From the NCBI RefSeq assembly GCF_018350175.1, contig NC_058368.1:141176001-141240000 (forward strand): 64,000 nucleotides of DNA, given 5' to 3'. The position numbers and the translations under genes are program-made. Shown here in pieces: positions 51,159 through 64,000 of the stretch. The notes under the pieces are model-generated. The model made no database searches. It was not told the origin of the DNA and saw only the letters and a list, made by a program, of their open reading frames with translations. How positions within the stretch are numbered: position 1 is the first letter of the stretch; each line of letters starts with the position of its first letter. This DNA comes from Felis catus (Eukaryota).

Positions 51159-52326
51159 GTATATTGCCAATTTTTAATTAATAAAACATTTTAAAAATGT
51201 AATGGTAATGGCTGCACAATTCGTCTTTCTGAATGTAAACGAAGCACATTGATATTTCATCATCAAGAATGATATTGGTTATTGGCTTAAAGGCACTTCA
51301 TGTTGTGACAAAAACCCTTCTGTTGCTAACTGTTTAAACCAGAAGTGGATGCTGAAAACCATTAAATGCCTTATCTGTGTCTTGAGATAATTGCATCTCT
51401 TTATGAGAACCTCTTATTTCTAATCATAGTAAATAAAACCCTTCTGCGTTTTGCAGAGAACTCTACAGTTAGTTAACCTTTAACTCACCAAATATTTCTG
51501 AGCAGCTAGTAAGTGCCATCTTGGCACACGGGTGAGGGAGGGGGTAGCTGGGAACGTGGTAGGCAGGTCCTTGCGGTCCTGAAGCTCAATTCCAGTGGGA
51601 GGATAGAGCATAATCAAGCAAATAAATGAACAAGTTCAGGTGGTGAGAAGGCTTTCTCGGGCTTTCTGCCAGAGAATCTGGTGCTGGAGCCCCGGGGCTG
51701 GTGAGGGGGACACAGGGTATTGCCACCTTCTTTCCAGTGGGGCTGCACTTCTCAGGCAGAAAGGGGCAAGTTTTCCTCAATTTGGCTCCATTATCTTCAC
51801 ATTTCATGGTCATTCTTTCCAGACTCTAGCATGGGTTGGGTGTTAAAATTAGTGTTTGAGGTTGCTTTGAGTTATTTCCCTTTCCTGTGTCTTTCTAGGG
51901 ATCTAATTGCTAGGCTCAGAGGGTTGGTCTTCAGGTACTGTGAGGCCAACACCACCTGTACTGGAACCAAATAGGTGTAAGTGTGAACCGTAGTCTCACC
52001 TGTGTTAATTATCCTGTTAATTTCACTGCTTAAATATTTAAAAACAAAGCCAACTGGGGAAATTAAAAATGAGCATCAGCCACCACCAGTGACTGAGTGC
52101 CTGCTTCGTGCTCCTGTAAGTTTCACAACTAGCTGGCATGGCATGTCTGACAATGGAGGAACTGTAGGAAAAATGAAGGAAATACCTTGTTCAAAGACAC
52201 ACTGGAACCAGTTGGGGGAGCTGGGATTTGAACTCGGGTAGCTTCTCTCTAGACACTGCATTTTTAACCATTATACCGTAGACTTGTTTTTTAATAGAGT
52301 CTCGTAAGAATGATGATTTCTTGTAA

Positions 52327-52551
<225 letters not shown>

Positions 52552-52654
52552 TAATGTAACATGCTCACTAAACGTTCACCCACTAGCTAAAGATGAAATT
52601 CATTTATAGATGTCTTTAGTTCCATCCCAAGTGTTTCTAAAATGTGTGTTGATG

Positions 52655-52885
52655 TTTCTTTTTTCTTTTTTTTAAATTTTTTAATGTTTGTTTATTTTTG
52701 AGAGAGACAGAGACAGAATGTAAGTGGGTTAGGGGCAGAGAGAGAGGGAGACACAGAATCCGAAGCAGGCTCCAGGCACCGAGCTATCAGCACAGAGCCT
52801 GATGTGGGGCTTGAACTCATGAGCTGTGAGATCATGACCTGAGCTGAAGTTGGACACTCAACCGACTGAGCCGCCCAGGTGCCCC
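52655..52885 (-). mobile_element. CanSINE about 115 nt downstream of the 191-nt exon
   Basis: TSD tgtgtgttgatgtttct. Confidence 0.9.
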
Positions 52886-55800
52886 TGTGTGTTGATGTTT
52901 CTAAGCATTGTATACAGATTTCTGTGATGAAAGCTATAGGTCCTCCTATGAATTTATTTCACTTTTTCTGTTTTTCCACGTTTGAGTTCCATTGAATTTA
53001 GAGGTGTGATCTGGGTGCCTCAGAAAATGTCAAGGTGTTTTTTTCTCCCTCTGAGAATTGCTCATATTTCACGCGTTCACACACAAAAGACATTAAAATT
53101 CACACAGTTCTTATTATACAGATATGGTTTGGATTTAAACCAGATATTTTAATCTTAATTATTCTGTCCCCAAATGAACATCAGAAATGTGTGAAATACA
53201 CATTTTTCCCTGCCTGACACAGATGGGGTAGATCGTACAGTAGTCGCGGAGCAAAGGCAGCCACTTTACAGCCGCAGGAAATCTTCCAGGGATCCAAACT
53301 CTCCGCTTGTTTACAGAAACGCTTGCACTCCGGGGGGAGAAATGCATGCCTGTTCATAAATAAATGCAGTCCTACGAGTTAGCCGTGGATGAACTGATCC
53401 GTTTAGCAGAATTGGAATGCTTTGAAGCTAGATGGCAAGAGGTCACTAATTAAATGCTAGACCGGCACAGACTCCAATTACATATGGAGCTGGGATTTTC
53501 TTGAATATTAGTAAGTGAAATGAAACACAGGGAAGTGGGTTCTCAGATCCTTTGGTACTGTGGCAAGAAATGATTGGATTAAGTAAGAGCCGTTTCTCAT
53601 CAAAGGCCTGGCCTTGTTATTTTTTGACCATTTTCATTTTCCTAAAGAAGAATTTTTCCTACAGAACATATTTTAACATGTCTTATTGGTCTCAGATATC
53701 TTGGCATGCTGCATAGAAATGTTTTCCTATTCATTTATTATATATGTGAATAAATACATCATAAAATATTTGGATGATACTCTCAGTATCAGGAATTTTT
53801 TTTTTCTTTTTAAATGATTGAACGGATAGCATTGGGTCCTTTATAAATAGATCTACTTTTTCTTGGCCTTGACTTTTCTTACATGATTTTTCTACTAAAA
53901 ACGCCATAATCCTTTGTGCATACATGGAATGATTTAAGACGAACTTCAGGTGTAAAAATAAAAAAAACTCTTGTAATTCAGTTAAAGACAAAATTTAGCA
54001 GATTTTACCATCTTCCTTCAATATAAAGAAATGTAGTTTTGATGTCTAATAAATATACTTCTGTCTCAGCCGCACAGAAAAACAGTGGGGGATCTGTGCA
54101 GGTAGAAGCCAGGTTGTGTATCTGGGAGTGTGATTACTGCCTATTAGTGGTTATGTCACGTGCAGCCAAAATCCTGAATGTGTGGCTGCCAGCACATGTT
54201 CTTCTAAGATGTGTAAGGGACCCACTCCTGACACATGCGCAATAATCTTCATTGTCATCTCTGGTCCATGATCCCTGGATTTTTGAGCTAGACTGGACCT
54301 TAGCTTAACATGCTTCCTTGGACCCGTGGCCCACCTGTTCCAGTACCCCTTAGTCCTCTCAGTCAGGAAGAGGTTCAGGTGTCTCTGACCGTACCAGTTT
54401 TTTTGGGAGGAAGAAGAATGAAGAAATACCGACAAGAAGCAACCCAGAACATGCAAGCCAGTTTCAGAAGAAGCTAAGTGAACATTGGCCCAGCCCTGTT
54501 ATGTTCGTAACAAGAGTTTGAGCCTCTTGAGGCCCACCCCTTAGAACATAGCCTAGCAGTATAGACTTAACACCTCACTGGGGTGGAAGAGGCTCAACAA
54601 ATGTGAGAAGTGCTTAGTATTTCCCTAGAGAGTAGGGCACACCTCTGACTTGCTGTGCATTTTTTTCATTAGGTGCTGCTGAGAATTCAGTAGGTTCGTA
54701 GGTAGACAAAAACTATAGCTTCACCTTACCAGGACTTGTGCTGTGGGATGACTGAATTCAGGAAGTAGTCTGTGCTAGCCTTGGAAGGGATATTGACTTA
54801 CTCCTCTGTTCCACAGTGAGTGAAGCCATTGAACTTAAGGCGTTTGTTCAAATACCATTTATCCACCAGGGAAACCTTTACTTCCCAGGAAGACCAGAGC
54901 TGGTCATTTTTTTGATCCTTCCACCCACGTAGAGTGAGGTCTCCAGGAATAGGAAAAGGGAAGGTATGTTTTTTGAGAAAGGTCAGGAAATTTTAGAGTT
55001 GAAGGAAATGAAGCAATACAAGCTGGCTTTTTCTGGGGGAGCGGTAGTACAAACATGTTGAAATGGAGAAGAGCTGAAATGCCAATAGCTAGAAAGATCA
55101 ACAAATACATGCTGTTTCACAAATGACTCAGGAGCAGCCTTGAGCCTTCTGTTCTTGGAGATGATGGTTCTCTTCCCAGGGCTCTCAAAATAAACAGAGT
55201 CCAGACCAGGGAGATGGGTCAAAACAAGCATACGGCTTATTTGTAGTAAGATTCAAGTATGGGACCCTTGATTAAAAGTTCATCCAATTCACCACCCCTG
55301 ACCAGAACAATCCAGAATCTGAGCTGCAGGAATACACATAGCACATTTTCTAAGAAGATGCACAGACCTCAAAATTCTATATCCTTAACTATTTTAATCC
55401 TGTTAAATTCCTAGGGAATAAAGCACATACAGGTGGTCCTACTACAACAGGTATCATCACAGTGATAGACGCTATATTGCAGCTTTTCTCAGCCCTAGTT
55501 GACAATCCAGTTGTCTCAGGTTTTTGAGCCAAACAACAGTGCAACCAACAAAATTAGGTGTTTGTTTGTACCACCCTTAATAGGCTTTAAACTGAGTTTG
55601 TATGTCCAGCTGCCAGTGAGTGTATTAATTTTTATAATAAGGTCATCTTTCTGGGCTCCCTGCTATTTTAAAAGAAAAAAAGGTCCAATGCAATGAGCTC
55701 CCCAAGTACAAACTGATAACTAGAGACCTCTAGGACTGCCAGTTTTTTTGCAGAGTGGAATTTCAGTCAGAAAACATGGAATTTAAGTGGAATTTGCCAG

Positions 55801-56055
55801 TTTTTGAAGTGGAAAATTGGCAGGTCTGACCTATTGGATAATTGCCTTGGCGTTAAAAACAAAATCTTTTTTTTTTTTTTCCAGTAAAACAAAGAGTTTG
55901 TCCTAATCTACAAGGGCATCTTTCTTTGTTGTCTTGCATGTGTTTTTAGACTTTGTCTTGATTTGGTTTTGTGCCATTTTCAATGTGAAGTTCCGCATGC
56001 GTTCATTGTAACAAAGCTTAGATCACTTGGTTTGACTTGAGCCTTTTCATTGCAG

Positions 56056-56115
56056 GTCGATCCGAGCCACGAATCCCTCCGAGCACACGGTGATCCTGGC
56101 GGTGGTTTCCCAAGC
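56056..56115 (+). CDS. PDE8B: PDE8B coding exon (probably exon 4), (R)SIRATNPSEHTVILAVVSQ(A), phase 2 to 2
   Basis: Acceptor cttttcattgcag|G and donor CAAGC|gtaagc; 60 nt; continues the frame of the previous exon. Confidence 0.94.
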
Positions 56116-58406
56116 GTAAGCTCACCTCCGTCCCCAGCTGGAAGTAGTACTGTTCATTCTGAAACATTTGTCTGGTGGAATCCAGTCTTTGAGCCAGCAG
56201 AGCACTGGGCATGCCCTCAGCCCTACAACACCAACCTTAGATCTCACTCTGTGGGGGTGTTCTTTGTTTTGCAAGTTTCTGGAAATATTCACCTTTTTCT
56301 CTGTCATATTTAATTGCTGTTAACACATACCTGTACATCTTAGGAAAAAATGAGCACTCCTCGCATGATAGAAATAATGAGAAAATCTGACAGGTCTGGG
56401 GAGAACATTGTTCCCGCTTATCTTTTCTTTGAAGATAAGAGGAGGGAGAATGCTTGTTTTTCACTAGAGAAGAAACAAATTACAGCATGAGAACAAAGAA
56501 GCACTCTAAATACGCTGGAAGGAAAGGATTGTATAATTTGGACTGTGACTCTCCAGTGTCTAGAAGCAGGACACAAGGTTGCATGCCAACGTTGGAAGGC
56601 AAAAAAGGGGGATTAGGCTGTAGGTATGAGATGGTGGGATGAGAAGGTTCTCTTCAGGGTTTGTTGTCTGAAATGGCCACCACTTAGGATGAAAGACCTC
56701 GAAGAAAAAAAGTTGTTTGTACAAGCTACAACCCTTGAAATCCTTGCAGTATCCAAATTGTGGTGTGTGCTTAATGCCATCATTAGCTTCTGAGAGACTA
56801 AGACCTTTATTTAGGGCCTAGGACCTACTGCACTTGGCTCCATTGTGGCAGCTCTCACAGAGTCTGCAGCAAAGTTGCTGACAAGCCGGCCACAGAGACT
56901 GGGGAGTTTAGGTCGCCCCCAGGCAAGCCTGGCCCGGGGAGGTTTGAAATACTGTCTTCTAAAGCCATATTGGTACGGGAGGAAGTCCTGGCTCCATAGT
57001 TTTACCCCAACCAAAGACTCTTCCTTCCCCGCTATTCCTTGGGTCTGTAGTTGGGAGCTGTGTCACTTCACTTGGATTCCCACTGTGGGCTGTGGGCCAA
57101 GGGAAGGAAAGAAATTATCCTCATTGGTTCCTTACCACTTCATTATCCTCATAAGATATATGGGGTCTCAAGGAGAATGAGTGAGGGGAATCAAGATGTA
57201 CACTCAGCCTTCTTTGCCCCCTTGTTTGTATTTTGTCTTGTGGGCACTGTGAGGTCTCAATAGGGTGTTAGAGTCTCAGACATGGATACCAGGAGATACC
57301 AGGCCACGTGCAGGAGATACCAGGCTGACTCATTCCATGGACCCAGAAGAGAAATACTAATTTTTTTCTAGTCACATATTAAAAATACTTACTGATCCTT
57401 GACAAATAATTATTTGCTGTGGCTTGTTATTTTTCACCCTTTCCCCCCTATTTTTTAAATAATATACTTTTTACAGATAGAGAATAATAATAAAATGAAT
57501 GCTGAGTTTGTGCAACACAGCTTATGAAATAGAATGTTGTTGCTACCTTCAGCCTCTTGTGTGCCACCGTACCCCCGCCCCCATTCCGATCTGTCACTTA
57601 GAGAAGGTAGAATCTAGAGTTCCATGGTAGAAAAGAGAGGACTGCGCTTTCCTATAGGGAAGGCATGAGCTGTAGGTAATGCCACCAACAAGCACCAGGA
57701 TTTCTTTTCTTGTTCTCCACCTGCCCCTCCACCCATTTTATTTACCTTTTATTCCATTTTCCTTCCCTGTTTCCCAACATAGCATGTCTTTGTCATGCTA
57801 TGAGCAGACATTCATTGTACTCAGATTGTTCTGAGACCCAACTATAGGCTCAGTATAGGAAACCTTCCATGAAATGAGGGACAATACCCTCAGTTTTTTT
57901 TCTCTTTTTCCATTCTACCTTGGCATTCTTAATGACCCTTATTTTCCATTTGGTTATGGGGTGCTGCAGTCTATAGTGCCAGTTGACTTCCTCACATTGC
58001 AAGTTGGACCCAGCCAGGTCTTGGGGTGGGTGTTGTATTTCCAGAAAGTTTGGGGGAAAACATAAAGGATAGTCTCTGGGATGAGCAACGCACCCACCTT
58101 GTCCCATCCATGTGTTTCAGCTTTCGAGGCCAGCCCAGCTTTGGAGATGGCCACTCATGTGTGCCGTGGTCATGCTTTCAGGCACACTGCTGGAGTTTTC
58201 TCTCCTGTTGGTGTTCTTTTTGCATCTGGAAGGCAGATGTGGGACTCTGGGTCCTCGAAGGCAGGTACATCCCATGGACACATGCTGGTCAGGAAGCCAC
58301 TCTTAATGCAAACTCCATGCTTGCCTCGCTGCTCTCTCTCCATGTTTCAGTGTGAGGAACCCTGGTTTGTATCTGGTGAGTGACTGAATTTTCTGCTTTG
58401 CTGCAG

Positions 58407-58464
58407 ATCAGGCGACCATGAAGAGGCCTCGGTCCTCCCGCTCCTGCACGCAGGCTTCAACAGG
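58407..58464 (+). CDS. PDE8B: PDE8B coding exon (probably exon 5), (A)SGDHEEASVLPLLHAGFNR, phase 2 to 0
   Basis: Acceptor ttctgctttgctgcag|A and donor AACAGG|gtatgt; 58 nt; frame continuous; matches the remembered PDE8B DHEEASVLPLLHAGFNR segment. Confidence 0.94.
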
Positions 58465-58989
58465 GTATGTATGTAGGAGGTGACTCAGCACCCCTGTCCG
58501 GTACCGATGCTTCATCCTTGGTTCTCACCTAATAGCACAGCCACAGATAACCTTTAAGGGAACTGAGCTCCAGGACCTTGAGGGAAAGGACGTAGCTGTT
58601 CTCACAGGACAGTAATAAGCGACTGCTACTCAAGCTTTTTCTCTCATAACTTCATGTGTCTTAGTCATAGAAATGTAATGACTTAAAGGCACATCTTATT
58701 ATCAACAGGTCAAAATTCTGTAGTCCCAAAGTAACCTCACTTAAATGAGTCCAGTCAGTGAGACTCAGTCTTTGTATGTGAATGTTATACGGTATATGGT
58801 TAAAGTCCACCAAATTGGCACCTAGGGTTCTGTGTGCCTCAGGGCCCAACCAGAGCTTATACCCTAGGGACAGACCCATGATGACTTTCACATCTGTCAA
58901 CTCGTGGTTTAAGCCATCCGTGTCAGCAAAGAAAAGTTACTTGAGTCACAACTACATGAATAACACTAATGTTCAATGTAAAGCTTGAG

Positions 58990-61385
58990 ATGGATTACTC
59001 CACTGGCTATGACACCAAGAGAGAGACGCAGGTTGTTCCTGACTTAATTCCTCACGAGAACGACAACTGTTCAAGAACAAGAGACTGCTGAGAGGATCCT
59101 AGGACGTGGAGGTGAGGCTGAAGCACCCCTGCATCACAGGTGCAGTGTGATCACCCCTGCTGTGTCAGCAGGCCAGGTAGGAAAAGCAGTTATCCAGTGA
59201 CCACGCTGCCCCTCCCCCGGCCAGTGCAGCGTCACGGGAGAAGTCTTCCCTCATACTGAAGTGGAAAGGGAGCCCAGGGGTGTCTACCAGCTCCCCGACC
59301 CCAGTGTTATGGGTTACTCTGTGGGAGCCCGTACTCTGATCTTGCAGTATGGGGAATCCAAGGAAGTCTCTGTGGCTCTTCCACTGGGAATGTGACTGAG
59401 GTGGGGGGCGGGCGAGGCGGGGCTGGGCAACAACCGGTCCCTGGATCTTGGCAGACTACGTTCATGCTTGCAGTTCCCAAGTAGTAACCCAACCAGTGGT
59501 TTTGCTTATCTTCAGGACCCAGTCACAGGTGCAATCTGACCAGAGAACTCTGCAGAGTGCTGATCTGCACTCTGTGAGGATTTGGATCCTCACAGGAGTT
59601 TTTGTTGGCCTTATAGCTGGTTTGCCCATCCTGTGTGGAGAGTGTCTTAAGGCCCTGTCTGACCAGAAAGACTGGCAACAACTCCTGGATGCAGTACAAC
59701 CCCAGGGGCTCTTGAGGGAGGGGCATGCAGAGCTGATTGTCCCCAGAGTAGAGGCCGTACTGGGCATGCAATATTTCTGAGCTATCTGCTACTCAAAGGC
59801 AGATTAATTCATAGCCCAGGCTGAGGTTAGCTCCTAGCCTCTCCCAACCTGCAGAGCCAGTTTGGGAAATTGAGTAGCCTGGAGTGACCCCTCCCCTTCT
59901 TGCCCAGGCACGGAAGCTACACTGGCTATGGAGAGTGTCTTCCAGCCCCTTCTGCCCAGAAGGGCTGGGGATAACTCCTGGATGCCACCCAACAACACTG
60001 GAGCCGACAGGCTGGGCAAGGAAGAACTGATAGTTTGCATAACAAAGCCAATGGCACTATTCCATCAGGACGCTTGGCAAACAGGCCCCCTAGAGTTAAG
60101 ACAAAGACTTTTACCAGCTTTAGAGCTGCTTCTCCCGCTGCAGGCAGGAAATGTAATTCGTAGCCCCACTCATCACTGAACACAACGTTTAGCCTCTCCA
60201 GCCAGGGAACTGAACCACAGCACACAGAAAGCTGCATAGCCCCCTCAGCAGCCCTACATACAGAGGTGCTTGAACAGACTGTACAGCCTGTCTTCAGAAC
60301 ACAGCTGGTGGCCTCACCTGACCAGGAAATTCAGTGCACATTCTGGCCTAATTTGGGTCCCTAAAAAAACAAGCAGTACAGGCCTGGGATCCCATCCTGC
60401 TGCCCTGCCAGGGCAGGGCCGGGAAGGTCGTTCCCAGACTCATCTACTACTGAATACGGTACACAGGTCTGACCATCTGGTAAGCCTGACCAGAAACTTC
60501 AGTCAACTGTAGAACCCATCCTGTAGCTTCGCCTGGGTAGGGAGCCAAGCCAGTAGCACACTGCTTCATCCCTGTCATGAGAGTCTGACACTTGCCTTGC
60601 CCTGAAATAGATCATAATAGCAGGCCCTACCTGACCAAGGTCGTTACCAGGAATCACACCCAGAAACCCAGACTGAGCTGACTGATGAAGTCTCTGCCAA
60701 AGCAAACCTATAAAGTCTGTAAGATGAGCCCAGGTACTCAGATGCACAGACACCAACAGAGGAGTCAAGGATCGTGAAAAATCAGGTAAATATGACAACA
60801 CCAAAGGAAACTAATAAAGCTTCAATAACTGATCCTAAAGAAATGGAGATCCGTGAAGTGTTAGAGAATTCAGAAGAATCATCTCAAGGAAGTTGAGTAA
60901 ACCACAAGAAAGCAAAGACAAATAATGAAATTAGGAAAACAGTGCAAGAACAAAATGACAAGTTTGACAAGGAAATAGCAGCCATCAAAAAAAGAAAAGA
61001 AAAAATAGAAAAATCATAGAATTGAAAAAAATACAATAACTGAATTAAAGAACTTAGTAGAGAGTTTCAGAAGTAGACTTGACCATGTTGAAGAAAGAAT
61101 CTGGGACCTGGAAAGAATCTGTGACCATCGGAAATAACCCAGTTAGAGGAATAAAAAGAAAAAACAGAATGAAAAAGAGTGAAGAAAGCCTAAGGTAATG
61201 ATGGGACACAATGGGGGGAAAAAAAGCCCAATACTTATAATATTCTCATTATAGGTATTTGCAGAAGAAGAAGAAGGACAGAAAGTACATTTAAAGTAAT
61301 AATGGCTAAAAACTTTTGGACCTGGGGAGAGAAATGGACATCCAGATCCATGGGGCCCAGAGGGCCCCAAATAGGTTGAACCCAC
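58990..61385 (+). mobile_element. Older L1M 5'UTR plus start of ORF1, lacking the 3' part
   Basis: A-rich degenerate ORF1 at ~60720-61385 (aatatgacaacaccaaaggaaactaataaagc...gaagaaagaatc...gaaatggacatccagatccatg) preceded by ~1.7 kb of GC-richer 5'UTR-like sequence; left boundary uncertain. Confidence 0.65.
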
Positions 61386-63119
61386 ATATGTAATGGTGCT
61401 TTGCTACCCTGGGTTAAAGAAACAATCCTTGTCATAGAGCACAGAGAAGCGGGAATGTGTGATGTGGTTTTGTGCTTTGATATGCCTCGGTGTGCAGGAG
61501 CAGTTCTCTTTAAAATACTCAAGGTAGCATAGTGGTTCACCTGTGTAATAGAAATACTTCTATTTAGCACTGTAACTCTCCTGACAGCATTGTCCATCAT
61601 CTCCTCTATCAAAGGCTGGCATTGGGAGTCATGTCTTAATGAGAATGCCTAGGACAGTGCTTCTGAGTCCGGGAATGGAGAGTTGCAAAAGGAAATTGTC
61701 AAGCCACGTGGCTGAGACTTCCTTTCTTAGGCACTTCCTAAGAAATGATGTAGTCATTTGCAGCTTTTGTAGGTCTTACATTAAATGGTGATCCCCATCC
61801 CAGCCTTGTTCTTCACCTGTGAGCCAGGATCTCTGGGAGTGTGAGGAGGCAGGTTTTCTGCACTATCTGGGAGCTGACAGAATAGCATGACACACTGTAG
61901 GTTCTGTCAGTGAGGATCTACATAGGTGTTGTTAACCATCCTTCAGGAATATTCTGCTTGTAATTCAGTGAGCCTACCTCTAACTGGTTTAGAGATTGTC
62001 TGGAGGGCTGAGATTACCCATTATATCCAGGAGGAACACCTGACCCTCTTAGGGTACAAATGCCACTAAATAAATTGAGGAGGTGAAGTTCACAGTTTCC
62101 TTTTTACTCCTTTGGTAACCTGCCCGTGCTGCTCTAGTAGGTTTCATTTCCCTTTGTTGGGCTGTGGTGCTGCTCTTGGCAGTCAGCCATTGTGGATAAC
62201 ACTCTTCAAGGGAGCATGAAAGATAGTACCTGTCAGGGACCACCTGGCAATCTTTAATGCTGAGTCTGATCAAAGCCATTTACCAGCTAGGTCAGGGCCC
62301 CCCCCCCCCCCCAGATAGCTTGAACTCTCCTGTGAGAAGCATGCCAAACCTACTGAGGCTTTACCTCCTGGGTTACTGTGGCTCAAGATCAGCTGAAGCT
62401 CTCCAGGTGGCTAGTCTCCTTTTTTGGGTAAAATCTTGTCTTTGGCAGCTTTCTCCCCAAGCACCCTTCCAAATATGCTGGCTATTCTTGAGTTTGTTTC
62501 TCATCTCTGGGTTGTTTTGACTGTATTAAATCATCTGCTAAAACTCTGGTCTGTGTTGCTAGCTAATTGGCCAATGCATCAGTCTGTAGGTCCCTGAGTG
62601 GGGATCCAGGAACAAATTGTGCCATCAGATATTCCACAACAGCTCTCCATGAAGCTTTGGTAGCTGTGTATAAGTGGCTCACTGCATGGTACTCAGTCCA
62701 TTCGGAGCCTTTTGCAAACCAATATCTTAATTAGCAAAGGGCAATAGCAGCTGCATTTATACCAACCTTTACGTGCCCCTTTTCTGTTTGAAATGACACT
62801 TACTTGCTCAACAGGTGTTCGTGAAGCACTTACTGTATGAAATACAATGGGGTAGGCCTGCTGTGAGTACAGCAGTTGGATGCGCTGGGGAGGCTTCCTG
62901 TGGAGGAGCAAGTGGAGAGCTAAGATGGACTCTTAGGCTCCATTTGAGGGGATTTACTTAATCCTCATCTACACATAAGAAATTTAATATTTTCTCCATT
63001 TTTGCAGAGGAGGAAGCAGGCTCAGAATGCCTAAATAGTTTGCAAGAGCTCATAGTCATGGCAAAGTTAAGGAGGAGCAATGTGTTATTTAACTCCAAAC
63101 TCCACGTTGGGTCCACCAA

Positions 63120-63420
63120 AGTAGTAGTTCCCAAACTACTCTGTGGCGCACTAGTGTTCCAAAAGTTCTTAATAGGTGTTCCACGAAAAAAGGCTTCCGT
63201 GGTCAAATAAGCTTGGGAAATCAGTGGGAACTGTTCCTCCTCTTCCCACCCCTGGAAATGCACAATGCATGTTAGGAACATTGCACGTGAACATATTGAA
63301 TGCTCTGAGAAGTTCTGTCTTAAAGAAACATTCTAAATTTCTGAATGTGGGGCCCACGAATCTACATTTTTAGAAGAATGCATGGTTATTCCTAGCATAT
63401 TGAAGTTTGAAATTCACTAC
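63120..63420. mobile_element. hAT-Charlie-like relic
   Basis: gtagttcccaaact...ggtgttccacgaaaaaagg...gtggtcaaataagcttgggaaa; family uncertain. Confidence 0.4.
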
Positions 63421-63695
63421 TTTTGATCCACTCACATTATTTCAGTAATAGGAGTTAACATAGCCTAGAAAACCACCAAAGAGTAGAATCTTCTACCTTC
63501 AGTCTATAGAAGAGTCATTAAGTGCCAAACAAGGGGTGTGCAAAACAAGGGCTCCAGTGTTTAGAAACCATCACCTGTAGAAAGCTCTTTTTCACTACAA
63601 TGGAAGTTCTTAGAACTAAAGAAAATAAGATCTCAGTAAGTTAGTACTTAAATGAAAGTGAAAATACAGTATGATTTTACAGACTGTATTTAAAG

Positions 63696-63699
<4 letters not shown>

Positions 63700-63742
<43 letters not shown>
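63700..63742. repeat. (AC)n microsatellite
   Basis: Read directly; perfect run. Confidence 0.95.
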
Positions 63743-63744
<2 letters not shown>

Positions 63745-64000
63745 CATTGGAGCTTAAGGGAGATAAACCAAACGTAATGGTATCTCCAGCTTATAACATT
63801 GTTAGTGACTTGGGGTTTTTTCCTCCATGACTTTCTTTACACATTTTTAAATTAATGTGTATAACTTTATAATTAAAAACAGACAATAAAATTTATTAAA
63901 ATTGGTGTCTTTAAAAAAAAATCTGCCCAACTGTTGATTGTAACACTTTTGAAACTGATTTTTATCACAGATCCTTTTTTAGTATCTTAGAAAGCATCTG

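Noticed and set aside
58351..58464. Microexon and exon 5 spliced together, or a coding 5' extension of exon 5
   Set aside because: A 31-nt intron is too short, and the 56-nt extension meets TGA at 58385-87.
61235..61612. 125-aa minus-strand ORF as a novel gene
   Set aside because: It spans the junction between unassigned DNA and antisense L1 ORF1 sequence, and shows no recognisable domain.

Overview
This is mammalian genomic DNA from a felid, judged from dense CanSINE/SINEC_Fc-type tRNA-derived SINEs and carnivore L1s. It is not prokaryotic. The whole window appears to lie inside the PDE8B gene (cAMP-specific phosphodiesterase 8B) on the + strand. Four coding exons are visible with GT-AG boundaries and consistent phases: 32387-32446, 52351-52541, 56056-56115 and 58407-58464. 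They splice to 369 nt (123 aa), covering the N-terminal REC-like region. By my recollection of the human gene these are exons 2-5; exon 1 and exon 6 onward were not found. The rest is intron: about 26 SINEs (mostly antisense), one degenerate full-length sense L1 (~6.4 kb with TSD), truncated L1s, MaLR/ERVL LTRs, a Tigger-like DNA transposon, MIR/L2 relics and microsatellites. Almost all ORF-track entries are spurious or repeat-derived. I see no new multi-gene system. The best leads are: (1) a frame-compatible 25-nt candidate microexon placed so that it could only be used mutually exclusively with exon 5; (2) a CRE/CCAAT/C-EBP/FOX motif cluster inside a DNA transposon in this cAMP-PDE gene; (3) a tailless 5S rRNA retropseudogene; (4) an unexplained diverged duplicate of about 115 bp. 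Repeat family names come from memory of consensus sequences, and repeat boundaries without TSDs are approximate.
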